A stretch of DNA of 51,352 nucleotides from Candidatus Sumerlaeaceae bacterium (GCA_051003195.1 JBPCLP010000036.1:1-51352); one strand, 5' to 3'; numbered from the stretch's first letter, positions 30,701-39,226 are shown. The notes: generated from the letters alone by a model not told the origin. Program-made: numbers and translations.

Positions 30701-31171
30701 CTCACCCACAACAAACGTGAAGTTCACCGTGTCGGCGCTGGTCGGTGTGGGGTCCGCGACGTCGAACGAAGTAATGACCGGCTGCGTGTTGTCGATGTCG
30801 TATTGGTCACCCGCCAGCGTGTTCGAAAGTGCAGAGCTGTCGCTCACTGCCGTAATACCTGCTGCATTGCTCAGGTCCAGCCCAAGAAGTCCGTCCCCCG
30901 CCACGGAACTGACGTCTACGTTCCATGTTATCTGGTCACTGGTACTTGGATTTCCAATCAGCCCGGAAACGCTGCCCGATAGTGTGAAGTTCGCGTCGGC
31001 AACACCAGTTACGGCTTCATCAAATGTGACGGTAAAGTTGACGGTAGCCGCGTTGGTCGGCGTTGGATTTGCCAGCACAATGCTTGTAACTGATGGGGCA
31101 GATACACCCGTGAAAGCGCAGGCCAGCACCGAAAAAGCCGCACATAGCCGCAACCAACGTGAAACCATCAT
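24737..31171 (-). CDS. Giant secreted surface protein: 15 Ig-like repeats, 2 small beta-rich domains, 7-bladed beta-propeller
   Basis: Signal peptide; 15 repeats of about 106 aa (DQTxP...NPTxAT.VNF.VTFSE...GTLGLDL...GI.D..GN); seven V(Y/R/S)A(L/I)...(A/V/I)GGxF blades; ends in AAIRDWSLYGN. Confidence 0.85.
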   Translation of the reverse strand: MMVSRWLRLCAAFSVLACAFTGVSAPSVTSIVLANPTPTNAATVNFTVTFDEAVTGVADANFTLSGSVSGLIGNPSTSDQITWNVDVSSVAGDGLLGLDLSNAAGITAVSDSSALSNTLAGDQYDIDNTQPVITSFDVADPTPTSADTVNFTFVVGEQIVTLSDTNFALVATGTVGGTIGTPTSLDNLTWTIPVTLINGDGTLALQFNNSTNAQDDAGNEVAGAQQDSATAYDIDNTQPVITSFDIADPTPTNATTLNFTFVVDEATTGLSASNFVILASGVTGTIGTPTTSDNLTWTIPVTGVTGSGTLGLRFNNSTGAEDVAGNEVAGAPLDSATSYDVDQTAPTVVSFIRTDASPTNATALNYTLTFSEAVTTVTSSNFALTLSGVSATIGVPTTSDNVVWNVPISGVSGDGTLQLVLNDPTGIADSGTNGLTGTPAAGQVYDIDQTPPNAMQLIVADVSPTSATTINFTLTFSEQVTSVVVSSFGLTGTGVTGTIGAPATTDGGITWNIPVSSVSGNGTLGLDLTDVTGIADLAGNSLGAGVVGQLYDIDQTAPVVVSITKTDVSPTSATIVNFTLLFSETVKGVVAGSFNLSGIGVTGTVGIPTTTDAGLTWNIPVTSVSGSGTLGIDLSDITGIVDVAYNPLGAGATGPLYDVDQSAPVVSSISRADANPTSATSVAFLVTFSEAVSGVGTGSFSLATGGTAAGTIGSALSSDGGLTWQVIVSSVSGDGALGIDLTIVAGIQDAVGNPLVSGLVGDAYTIDQIAPTVISVLRADPNPTSASTLHFKVAFSEVVTTLTASNLSLVLSGVIATIGSITTLNQQEFDVTINSVSGTGTLGLDVVDGSSIFDAAFNALGGLPFTGVKYDVDQSGPQVVSIVRTDVNPTNATTLNWLVTFDTAVSGVTAANFSLAGAGVTGSIGTPTTNNDGTTWTVQVTLVSGTGMLGLDLSNGAGITDSLANALINAPFAGQLYNVDQTNPAISSITVTNVNPTSATTVNYTVTFTEAVSGVTSASFSLNLSGVTATIGVPTTANGVVWNVAVLVVTGNGTLRLDLTDPSGIVDSVGNPLDGTPFTGEVYSIDQTAPTVNTILLTGPNPTNATSLGFSVTFSEAVTTLTASNLTLTGAGVSGTISSIGTLDQITWSVTVSSVSGSGTLGLDLTSGSGILDLVGNPLAGFPVTGPLYTVDQTVPTALSLVRADTNPTSATTLNFILTFSEPVIGVTSASLTLSGGGVTGILSDPTTSDNITWIIAVTGVTGDGTLGVDLFDTTGIQDFQGNAVTAGIPGQQYDVDQTAPAVLSITRTDVNPTSATVLNFTVTFTEVVSGVTSASFTLSGVGVTGVLNDATTTDGINWNVAVTSVTGTGTLGVVLSNPAGIYDTAGNALASGIPGSLYDVDQTNPLALSLTRTDVNPTSASVVNFSLVFDEPMSGITSASLSIAAIGTTGTVQDPVTTDGVNWMIAVTGVSGNGTLGVDLTTTAGITDKVGNPLLDGIVGDIYTIDQTQPFVTAITLVDANPTTASVVRFDVTFSEKVTTLSISNLATSATGTAAGTITQVDDFLSSTIFRVTVSGCTGIGNLWVGVVNGAGVFDHVGNPLTGTPFYDEFYTFCGQPAPATNPTPVNGSIVPSSTSQLSWTAGAGAVSFEVWLDSTLIATTTGTSVNIAPQSPGTHNWRVDSDSGCGLSTTGVAWSFVILDPASGPVTPSDGARLCSSPARLEWNPAVGAVFYSVYIDNIFQATIQDTFYNPPPLVEGPHTWRVDTIQGSAIVPGPDWLFIILSNGLINPNVWRTDGQVYAIATGPNTIYIAGNFTYVLSPDNATWKQRRYIAAIDASTGIPTEFNPTANAPVYSLALDGTTLYAGGLFTKMGDQSRQRLAAIDANSTMSGVLPWNPGANGIVRALHSSAGSIYAGGDFTVIDGTAQPYVAEFISSGSLTLWRPTVSNNVYALASANNQVYVGGIFQSAGGQPYRGVAALDRTTGFAHTWANAAADLYVYALAYKNGRLFIGGTFGSMGGQPRRNLAAVDPTDGQVLPWNPIADRSVSALMVDNNTVFAGGAFTSIGTEAHYRLVGLHAITGAPVDCNYGVNNVVRALGNYNNTLYAGGDFTQVSTSNATGFAALGPLSTAPAAIRDWSLYGN

Positions 31172-31328
31172 CCAATCCGCCTCGTAGTACCAGAGAATGC
31201 GAGCAACTTGCTGCAGAAGAGAAACCAGCCATTTTGTATGACAGAATGGCGGCTCCAGCTACAGTAATTGCACTTAGCCTGACCAAAACACTGGACACTG
31301 GCAACCATTGATTTGCACCTGACCTCAC

Positions 31329-32123
31329 ATGACATCCGAACAGCCATTGATTGAGGTTAATGATGTTACGGTGGAGCGCGACTTCACCACCATTCTGCAA
31401 AGCTTCTCCTGGTGCGCTTATGCCGGTCAGCACTGGGTAATCTTTGGACCCAATGGAGCGGGCAAGACATCACTTCTGAACGTTATCCAGGGTTACCTGT
31501 GGCCGACTTCCGGAACCGTTCGCGTGCTCGGCGGAGAACTCGGCAACGGAGTCGATGTGCGTGAGTTGCGGCGCTGGATCCCGGTGGTGAGCGAGCCCGT
31601 TCGCGACATGATCAATGAGAGCCTTACCGGCCTGGAAGTGCTGGTGACGGGAGCGCGCGCGCATCTTAATCTTTTTGAGGCGCCGAGTCGTGCAGAATTA
31701 TCGCGGGCTCGTTCGCTCGCACGCCAAACACAGATCGAATTGCTGCTCGCCAGGCCGTTCGCAGTCATGTCTACGGGGGAGCGCCAGCGCATCCTCATCA
31801 CGCGCGCCCTCATGCCACATCCGAAAGTAATTATACTCGACGAACCGTGCGCGGGGCTGGACCTGGCCGGCCGCGAGTGGGTGCTGAACACCATCGAGAC
31901 CGCCGCACGGCAAAAAAATCCACCGGTGTTATTGCTAACGACGCATCATGTCGAGGAAGTCACACCGTCGTTTACACATGCCCTGCTCATCAAAGCCGGT
32001 GAGATTTACGCGGCCGGACCGATCGACCAGGTGTTCACGAGCAAATGCGTCAGCGGGCTCTTCGACATCCGTGTGCGGCTGGGACACGTCAAAGGGCGAT
32101 ATCATATTTCGACGTGCGGATGA
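31329..32123 (+). CDS. ABC transporter ATP-binding protein (ModF-like), stand-alone
   Basis: GPNGAGKT, MSTGERQR signature, ILDEP, THH. Confidence 0.88.
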   Translation: MTSEQPLIEVNDVTVERDFTTILQSFSWCAYAGQHWVIFGPNGAGKTSLLNVIQGYLWPTSGTVRVLGGELGNGVDVRELRRWIPVVSEPVRDMINESLTGLEVLVTGARAHLNLFEAPSRAELSRARSLARQTQIELLLARPFAVMSTGERQRILITRALMPHPKVIILDEPCAGLDLAGREWVLNTIETAARQKNPPVLLLTTHHVEEVTPSFTHALLIKAGEIYAAGPIDQVFTSKCVSGLFDIRVRLGHVKGRYHISTCG

Positions 32124-32275
32124 CCTGTCGTACATCGGTTCAGTGCAAAAAAATGAACATGGCAATTCCGCTTTGGCCCCGAAGTTGCTGACTAATTTCC
32201 AAAGCGTCGCCTCATGCAAAATACGCCTTTATCGTTTACTGGGGAGGCGCGATTCTTTGAAGGGGGGGCATTCCA

Positions 32276-33577
32276 ATGCCCATTTCGTGTGGATCCTCTG
32301 CGCTGTGCACCGCATCGCGTATTCGTTCCATCTCCGTTATAATCTGCATGCTCGCTGCCGTGGCATCTGCTGCGGTTGACGACGTAATTGCAACCATTCC
32401 AAACCCGCAGCCTGAGGCAAACTCGAAGTTCGGTTACTCGGTCGATGCAGTCAACGGCGATATCCTTGCCGGCGCTCCCTTGTTCAACACAGGCGGCAAT
32501 CCAGACGCCGGCATCGCATACCGCTTTGGGCTTGGCGGCGCGCTGCTTTACGCGCTTAATAACCCGCTGCCGACCAATGGCGACCAGTACGGGTTCTCAA
32601 TAGAAGGATTTGGAAAACACATTCTGGTCGGTGCGCCCTTCGATGAAGTAGCCGGAGCATCTACAGGTGGTGCGGTGCACCTTCATCACGGCAAGGAGGG
32701 ACGGCTGCTTCGCTCAATTGCGAGCGCGCGACCAAAAAATAATTCGCGCTTTGGCTGGAGCGTGTACACGATTAAGGGCAAATTTATTGCCGGCGCTCCA
32801 AACGATGATGGGGCCAACGACACCAACCAGGCCGGAGCCGCTTACTTGCTCAACAAGGGTAGTAAGAGCAGCACGATCCTGCCACGTGATCCGAAGACGA
32901 CATACCTGTCGCCCCGGCCTACGCCGGACGACGAATTTGGTTTTAGCGTTTCCGCATTGAGGCAGCTTGTTGTCGTCGGCGCACCCAGTGATGATTTTAC
33001 CGGCTCCAACTCGGGCGCGGCCTACTCTTATTTCGCACGTACAGGTGGGCTGGACCGTATTTTTGAAAATCCAAGCCCCGGGTCAGACGATCGGTTCGGT
33101 TTTGCGGTAGCAGCGATTGAGGATAATGAGCTTGGCAACGACGACAATTACAATGCGCAGATAGCAGTGGGTGCGCCTGACGATGAAAACGGCGATAGCA
33201 TAAAGACCGGGCGAGTGTTCGTATTCGACAGTGCGTCGGGCGTGCTGCAATTCACGATTGAAGATCCAGATCCACAGGTGGGAGCGCGTTTTGGCGCCGC
33301 GGTCCATGATGCTGAAGGCGGCATCATCGTGGGAGCTCCCGGCTTCGATAACAACGCGGGGCGCGCATACGTATTCAATGGGCAAACGGGGCAGTTGATC
33401 AGCCCGCTCAATAACCCTGAACCTGACTCAGATGACGAATTTGGTTTTTCCGTCAGTAAAGCCCTGCAAAACGTCAAAGGACCGGTGGACCCGGTGCATC
33501 TTTTAGTTGGAGCGCCAGGTGACAGCGTCGATGGAAACTCCGCCGCCGGAACCGTATACGTGTACCGCGGTTTGTAA
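32276..33577 (+). CDS. Secreted FG-GAP repeat (integrin-alpha-like) beta-propeller protein
   Basis: Seven (F/Y)G.(S/A).....GAP...G.(A/V)Y repeats; signal-like segment; start may be about 32348. Confidence 0.85.
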   Translation: MPISCGSSALCTASRIRSISVIICMLAAVASAAVDDVIATIPNPQPEANSKFGYSVDAVNGDILAGAPLFNTGGNPDAGIAYRFGLGGALLYALNNPLPTNGDQYGFSIEGFGKHILVGAPFDEVAGASTGGAVHLHHGKEGRLLRSIASARPKNNSRFGWSVYTIKGKFIAGAPNDDGANDTNQAGAAYLLNKGSKSSTILPRDPKTTYLSPRPTPDDEFGFSVSALRQLVVVGAPSDDFTGSNSGAAYSYFARTGGLDRIFENPSPGSDDRFGFAVAAIEDNELGNDDNYNAQIAVGAPDDENGDSIKTGRVFVFDSASGVLQFTIEDPDPQVGARFGAAVHDAEGGIIVGAPGFDNNAGRAYVFNGQTGQLISPLNNPEPDSDDEFGFSVSKALQNVKGPVDPVHLLVGAPGDSVDGNSAAGTVYVYRGL

Positions 33578-33585
33578 CCACCTGA

Positions 33586-33627
33586 AAATGAAAACCGGGG
33601 CGCCCGAAGGGAGGCGCCCCGGTGTTT
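33586..33627. terminator. Intrinsic terminator, probably bidirectional
   Basis: Perfect 11-bp stem ACCGGGGCGCC / GGCGCCCCGGT with an A-run on the left (T-tail on the minus strand) and GTTT on the right, between convergent genes. Confidence 0.75.
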
Positions 33628-33872
33628 ACATATACCAGCCGCGTTAGCGGTTGGGGCAGCCAGTTGGAGCGTCTGTTTGCCGAGGACACACGCACCACTG
33701 AACTGCCAATTCGAGTGCAATTAACCCGCCACTGTTTCCTTAATTCAAGCATTCATTAAATTATTTTAAGGTTCCCTTAAACAGATGTTCTGCTAACTTC
33801 GCATGCTCGTCGTTTTCCCAGACGCTTGGTAACAAACTGCTTGGCGGCTTTGCGCCGAATGTGCAGACGCAG

Positions 33873-34709
33873 CTAACCGACAAATGCGATGTCCGGCTTT
33901 TTAGGAATAATGCCCGCCTGCGCCGCTTCACTGAGGAACATTTCGACTGCTCTACGTCCTTTGTCGCCATAGTCGAGTGTGTAGTCGTTTACGTACATGC
34001 CTACGAACTCGTCCGCGAGTTCATGCCCCATACCGCGTGCCCATTGCAGCGAGTGCCGCACCGCCTCCTCCCGATGATCCAGGCCGAACTGAATGCTCTC
34101 GCGCAGGATTTCGCCGAGTTCCTTAATGGCTTGCTCGCCAAGAGCCCGGCGAACCACATTACCGCCCAGTGGAAGCGGCAACTGGTGCCGGTTCATCCAC
34201 CACTCACCGAGATCAAGTACCTTGTTCAGGCCGAGTTCCTTATAAGTGAGCTGGCCCTCGTGGATGATGAGACCGGCGTCGTGCTCACCGGCAGCGACGC
34301 GCTCCAGGATTTCGTCGAACGGCACAACTTGATAATTAAATTTACCGATAGCGAGATTGAGCGCCAGGAAGGCGGATGTCATTGTCCCTGGGATCGCAAT
34401 GCTTTTGGTCGTCAGAACATCCAGCGGTAGTGCTTCGCGCGCGACAACCATCGGGCCGTAATTGTCGCCCATGCTGGCGCCGCTGGACAGCAGTGCATAT
34501 TTATCCGATATGTAGGCGAACGCATGAATCGAGACCGCTGTGATGTCGAGCTCCTCGCGTTGCGCGCGTTCATTGAGCGTCTGGATATCCTGCAGAATGT
34601 GCTCGAATTCCCAGCCGCGGCTGTCTACCTGGTGCGACGCAAGCCCATAGAACATAAAGGCGTCGTCGGGATCCGGGCTATGCCCAAGGGTCAGTTTTCT
34701 TTTTTGCAT
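33873..34709 (-). CDS. mqnD: 1,4-dihydroxy-6-naphthoate synthase MqnD (futalosine pathway)
   Basis: GHSPDPDDAFMFY, DIQTLNERA, SMGDNYGP, IIHEGQLTY, DLGEWW, LPLPLGG, MYVNDYT. Confidence 0.88.
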   Translation of the reverse strand: MQKRKLTLGHSPDPDDAFMFYGLASHQVDSRGWEFEHILQDIQTLNERAQREELDITAVSIHAFAYISDKYALLSSGASMGDNYGPMVVAREALPLDVLTTKSIAIPGTMTSAFLALNLAIGKFNYQVVPFDEILERVAAGEHDAGLIIHEGQLTYKELGLNKVLDLGEWWMNRHQLPLPLGGNVVRRALGEQAIKELGEILRESIQFGLDHREEAVRHSLQWARGMGHELADEFVGMYVNDYTLDYGDKGRRAVEMFLSEAAQAGIIPKKPDIAFVG

Positions 34710-34774
34710 ACAGCGACTCTGCGAGAACCAAAACGCCCAATGCTACAAATCTCGTCAGGCTCTCTCTCCGTGGT

Positions 34775-36301
34775 TCATCGCACTCGGAACAGCGCCCCGA
34801 TTGGCCGCCCAGTCGGATCGGTAAACAGCTGCCGTCGCACACTCCCCGGGTACTTCTGCAGGAACTCGCTTCCGAAGCGGTCGCGACCGACGATAATATA
34901 GTAGAACGGCTGAGGTGGTACGGGCGCCAGTGCAACGAGGTCGGCCGGGCTTCTCAGCGGCCGAACGTCCAGGCCTGCCAGCCTGGTAAGAACTTCGAAC
35001 GAGTAACTCCCGTTTTCAAATGGATCCTGCAGAATGACACTATTGCGGGGTAGACCCGCTACTTTGTGGGCTGCCTCCACCGACGCGGATTGAAAACTTT
35101 CCCACACGGCGTAGCTATTCCCATAGATGGTAAAATACTGGTAAGCATTCCACGATGCCAGACAAGCCGCAACAAACCAGGGCGTGCAGTTCAGGACGCG
35201 TCGCGAGTTTAAAGTTCGCACCCGCCGCCACATCCAGTCGTATACGGCCATGCCTCCCCGGCTGATCAGCACACAGGCTGGTATGGCGGCACACAGGGCA
35301 CGGGTCGCATGTGGGCAATCCGCAGAGAATATCGTCGGAAGAAGGCCTGTGGCGAACCACCCAAGCACCAGCCAGGAGCGACTTCGGCGCGCTCGCAGCT
35401 CGCAAAGTATTCCGACGAGCAGGAACGGGTACAATGCCCGGGGTATCTGCGCATTACCCGGCGCGTTATGTCGTGGGTTCGCGTCGCCGCGCCAGATGAA
35501 CATGCCTGCTGTGCGCAAAAGATTTGCCGGCGGGCCATTGCTCGTAAGCCATTGCCCGGGCAGGTAATTTCCTTCCTCTGTAACTCTGGAGTGCGCGATT
35601 GCACCACCTGCCGTTTTGTGCAGGATGTGTGTTGCGGGAAAAAAAGTGCCGGCTACCACAGCCGCGCACATCAGCAGCCGTTGAACGTGGTGCGCACGCG
35701 TTGCGGCGTTTGCGCTCTCCCGCAGTCGTAACCAGGCATACCCAGCTAAGACGACCGGAGTGACCAGGAACGGAAGATAGCTGAACATGCCTGCTATCAA
35801 CGCGGCCGCCAGCAGCACGTAGTGCCGAATGGTGCCCGTATGCAACGCGCGAAAAAGCAATCCTATACAAATCACCTGCATCAGCGGCGCAGTGACCGCG
35901 CGGAATCCGATACGCGAGTAGATGATGTGCCACGGCAGAACCGCCAGCACGAACGTTGTCCAGCGCGCAGTGCGTCGGCCAAACATCGGCAGGACGCAGT
36001 AATAGACCAACGGAATCGTCAAAATACCCGCAATCGCGGAGCTGAGCCGCAGCCCGTCCACAGTTAAACCCTTTGCAGCAAAGCCCAGCGCGAGAAATAC
36101 GACGTATAGCGGCTCTTGGTCGAAAAACTCTAATCGGTACTCTCCGCGCAAAAGCGCCGCAAACTGATCGATGTTGCGCGCTTCGTCGAACCATAGTCCG
36201 GGCGGAACTGTGTCGAGCCATACCAATCTGAATACGCCGGCAAGGGTTGTAAGCCAAACAGCTTCGAACAGGCGCGATTTAAGAAACGCAGCTCGAGGCA
36301 A
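34775..36301 (-). CDS. Membrane glycosyltransferase (GT-C; GT39/PMT_2-like)
   Basis: PPGLWFDEA loop after TM1, LRLSSAIAGILT, PWHIIYSR, many TM helices. Confidence 0.8.
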   Translation of the reverse strand: MPRAAFLKSRLFEAVWLTTLAGVFRLVWLDTVPPGLWFDEARNIDQFAALLRGEYRLEFFDQEPLYVVFLALGFAAKGLTVDGLRLSSAIAGILTIPLVYYCVLPMFGRRTARWTTFVLAVLPWHIIYSRIGFRAVTAPLMQVICIGLLFRALHTGTIRHYVLLAAALIAGMFSYLPFLVTPVVLAGYAWLRLRESANAATRAHHVQRLLMCAAVVAGTFFPATHILHKTAGGAIAHSRVTEEGNYLPGQWLTSNGPPANLLRTAGMFIWRGDANPRHNAPGNAQIPRALYPFLLVGILCELRARRSRSWLVLGWFATGLLPTIFSADCPHATRALCAAIPACVLISRGGMAVYDWMWRRVRTLNSRRVLNCTPWFVAACLASWNAYQYFTIYGNSYAVWESFQSASVEAAHKVAGLPRNSVILQDPFENGSYSFEVLTRLAGLDVRPLRSPADLVALAPVPPQPFYYIIVGRDRFGSEFLQKYPGSVRRQLFTDPTGRPIGALFRVR

Positions 36302-36330
36302 GTTAACGCAGCGCTAGAGCTGTCGTGGAA

Positions 36331-38058
36331 TCACGCTTCCGCCATTGGACGGAAGACTGGAGGAACAAAATCCAAATCCGACGCCTCGCGCGCCGCGAGC
36401 TGGATCTGGAATTTCATCACGTCTGCCGGTACAGGATTCTGGTAATCTTCCAGGCAATCCTTTACGGCTTCGACCGGGGACTTTCCCGATACCCGAACCT
36501 GCCGGTAGACTTTGACTGCCAGCGCCTCCGCCGCTCCGGGTGTCAGCAAAGGTGGGATGAGCGTTTCAAGGTTTGTGAACTCCGCCGCGTCGATAATCAC
36601 TCCGCGCCGTTTGCACAGCGCACGCATCAGCGCGAAGCCCTCTTCGGCATTCTGAGTCGGGAACAGCGGTATCTTTACGTCTACCCTGCCGGGGCGTTTC
36701 AGGTCCACTTCGATCAGGTCCGGCCGGCTCGATGCGAGAATCCAGATGATTTTACCACGGTTGCGAGTGTCGCTCATTTCCTCAGCCATCATCGAGTAGA
36801 GGCGACCTGACACGCCGGAATCTTCGCCGCCGCTGTTGCGTCGGCCCAGCGCCTGGTCGGCTTCATCAACGAACACAAAGCACCGTCCCAACGCGTGCAG
36901 CAGCCGAAAGATTTTTTCCAGGTTTCCCTCGCTGCTGCCCACCCATTTATCGCGAAAGTTTTTCAGCTTTACGACCGGCACGCCTGCCTGCCCCGCTATA
37001 CAGCGCACCATGTAAGTCTTTCCGGTGCCGACTGGACCGCACAGCAGGTAACCCATCGGCAGCGCGTCCAGGTCATTCTTTTCCCAGAGTGCCAGGTCCT
37101 GCCGCAGCCATTCCTTTATCTTCTCCTGCCCGTGCAGGCTATCCAGGTTGTCCGTGCTCTGGATGAATTCGATAAGGCCGGCGCAGTCGCGTTCCACGAG
37201 TTGCTTCTTCAATTTAACCAGGTCTTCCGGGCAGAGCCGCTCGCGCGCGTGCTGCTTCGTCTTCACCATCGATTCGACCGATGCGAGTGTCGCGCCGGTG
37301 AGCTGTTCACCGGCGCGCCGGTTTTCTGAAGCGTCACCCGTGAGTGCAGCAGGAAACTCACGCGCCAGCAAATCGAACGCATGGCTCAGTTCTTCAGCCG
37401 AAGGCAGGGGCACCTGTACACGCGCTACGCGGCTGTTATTGACGAGCTGCGGATGCAGATCGTTCAGGTTCTCGGTGAGCAGAAACGTCGCCAGCGGCTG
37501 CTCCGTCATGATGGTCTCGCTGGTCCAGTCGCGCACCTGCATCGCCAGCGCGCTCAGATCGTAGCTGAGTCCGCCTTCGAAACGTGGCGCGATTAGATCT
37601 GCAGCGCGCAGAATGCATGCTATGTGCGTACGGCGACCACCAAGTCGCGACAGGTTGCCACAATAGCGGAAGTACGCCGTAAGTGTTTCGATCGCGGCAT
37701 TGGGCGCCTTCGGCAGGCGCGGCTCGTCTTTCATGCGTGGCCACTCAGTAAATACTTCGCCGCCCTTTTCCACCCGCAGCCCGTTCCCGAGGTCGTAGCT
37801 CAGGATGACATCGAAGCCGGGCAGCAGAACACGCAGCAGGAAATCCGTGAGGGTACCCAGCGTTTCCTTGCCGCCCAGTGGAAGCACGAACCGGTCGCCG
37901 ACATTGCCGTACAGGATGAACTGGCTCGCTGCGTTGCTTTCGTAGAGAGTGATCAGCTCGCGTGCCCAGGCAGGCAGTGAGCCAGCAATGCCACGTGCCG
38001 GCGCCTGTGAACTGGCAGGACCCTGCATCTCTCTTTCGGGTACGGCGGGGGCTGACAC
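36331..38058 (-). CDS. Classic-clade AAA ATPase with an N-terminal degenerate domain
   Basis: Walker A GPVGTGKT, pore loop KWVG, Walker B FVFVDEAD, SRH SSRPDLIEVDLKRPGRVD; starts 3 bp after the pspA stop. Confidence 0.9.
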   Translation of the reverse strand: MSAPAVPEREMQGPASSQAPARGIAGSLPAWARELITLYESNAASQFILYGNVGDRFVLPLGGKETLGTLTDFLLRVLLPGFDVILSYDLGNGLRVEKGGEVFTEWPRMKDEPRLPKAPNAAIETLTAYFRYCGNLSRLGGRRTHIACILRAADLIAPRFEGGLSYDLSALAMQVRDWTSETIMTEQPLATFLLTENLNDLHPQLVNNSRVARVQVPLPSAEELSHAFDLLAREFPAALTGDASENRRAGEQLTGATLASVESMVKTKQHARERLCPEDLVKLKKQLVERDCAGLIEFIQSTDNLDSLHGQEKIKEWLRQDLALWEKNDLDALPMGYLLCGPVGTGKTYMVRCIAGQAGVPVVKLKNFRDKWVGSSEGNLEKIFRLLHALGRCFVFVDEADQALGRRNSGGEDSGVSGRLYSMMAEEMSDTRNRGKIIWILASSRPDLIEVDLKRPGRVDVKIPLFPTQNAEEGFALMRALCKRRGVIIDAAEFTNLETLIPPLLTPGAAEALAVKVYRQVRVSGKSPVEAVKDCLEDYQNPVPADVMKFQIQLAAREASDLDFVPPVFRPMAEA

Positions 38059-38061
38059 CAG

Positions 38062-38823
38062 CTATTCCGAAGTTTTTTCTGCGGCCGGTCCCATGAATTT
38101 CGCTTCCGCCGCCCCTTCCCGCGGTGGGGGAGCGGTCTCGCCTTCCAACACGAGGCCTTCGCGTGCCGCGAAGTCCGCAAGCGCCTGGCTGGCCAGGGCC
38201 TTCTGTTCACTTTCCTGCACCTTAACGCCCGTGAAGTCGAGCGAGTCCTTCGCAACCCGCGCGCGCCCGGCCGCTTTATCGCGCTCTTCTTTCACCATGC
38301 CCTCAAGCCGGTTCAAGGTATCCCCGCTGCCGCCGATCGTTCCAATCATCCCCGTCGCCATTTCAGTCATCTCCGCCACCGCCTGTTTCACTTTCATGTC
38401 GCTGATGGTGTACTTGAGGCTTTCGATCTTCTGCTGCGCGGTCTTGATGGTGACGTCGCGCGCGCGAATCAGCTCCTGGTAGGTGTTCTCAGCCTGCTCA
38501 AGCTGCGTGCGGTTTTCCTGCAGCTCGGCCTGGACCTGTTGCAGCCGCAGCGCGTACTGCGAAGCCGCGTCCTTGTTGCCGGCCTTCAGGTGCGCCATGG
38601 TTTTGGTCTTCAGGTCTTTTTCTTCATTCTCCTGGTTGCGCACCTGGCTCATCAGGCGCTCGCAAAGCGCGGCATGCGACGCCAGGCCCTGGTTGTACTT
38701 CCCAATCTGGACGCGAAGGTTTTCCTTCTCCACCTCCAGCAGCGCCTCAGGGTTCTGCTTCTCCAGCCCCGAAACGAACAGGCTCAGGAACCCTTTGATC
38801 AGGTTGCTCAAACGCTTAAACAC
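38062..38823 (-). CDS. pspA: PspA/IM30 (ESCRT-III superfamily) protein
   Basis: N-terminal amphipathic FKRLSNLIKGFLS, NPEALLE, long coiled coil, AAGRARVA; AAGGAG RBS upstream of the GTG start. Confidence 0.85.
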   Translation of the reverse strand: MFKRLSNLIKGFLSLFVSGLEKQNPEALLEVEKENLRVQIGKYNQGLASHAALCERLMSQVRNQENEEKDLKTKTMAHLKAGNKDAASQYALRLQQVQAELQENRTQLEQAENTYQELIRARDVTIKTAQQKIESLKYTISDMKVKQAVAEMTEMATGMIGTIGGSGDTLNRLEGMVKEERDKAAGRARVAKDSLDFTGVKVQESEQKALASQALADFAAREGLVLEGETAPPPREGAAEAKFMGPAAEKTSE

Positions 38824-38980
38824 ATGTTGCTCCTTCTCCGCAAAAGTACGCAGCCCAGCTTGTTACGCAGGCGTTTTGCGATCCGACAGAGGGATGGTCA
38901 AGCAGTACACGACAGCGGGTTTCGATTGCGTGTTCGATTTTTCAGCATCGATGTATCGGATGTAAATACCGGTAATGCAC

Positions 38981-39226
38981 ATGACTTTGCAGCTATATTC
39001 CGAGGTCGCCCTCAGTTAGGATCTGCCTCAACACCGTCTGTTGCGTGGGGACATTGTAAAACTGGTGGATCGCCACGATGCCCCTGATGGCACGCTCGGC
39101 TACAGCGACGAAGTGTTAAATGCGTTGGGAGATGCTATTACCGTAATCGCAGTACCGGAGGATGCACTGAAGCCACTTCGCGTCGACGAAGTGCTCTGTG
39201 CTCGGCAATACGGCACTGGCATGTGA
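38981..39226 (+). pseudogene. DUF4926-like protein with a premature in-frame TAG
   Basis: MTLQLYSEVALS*DLPQHRLLRGDIVKLVD...GYSDEVLNALGDAITVIAVPEDALKPLRVDEVL; TAG at 39017-39019 interrupts a family-like VAL.xDLP motif. Confidence 0.7.

Noticed and set aside
39017..39019. Pyrrolysine or amber recoding
   Set aside because: TAG terminates ordinary genes here (e.g. 14207-14209, 23692-23694), no pyl genes are visible, and the context is a decayed island
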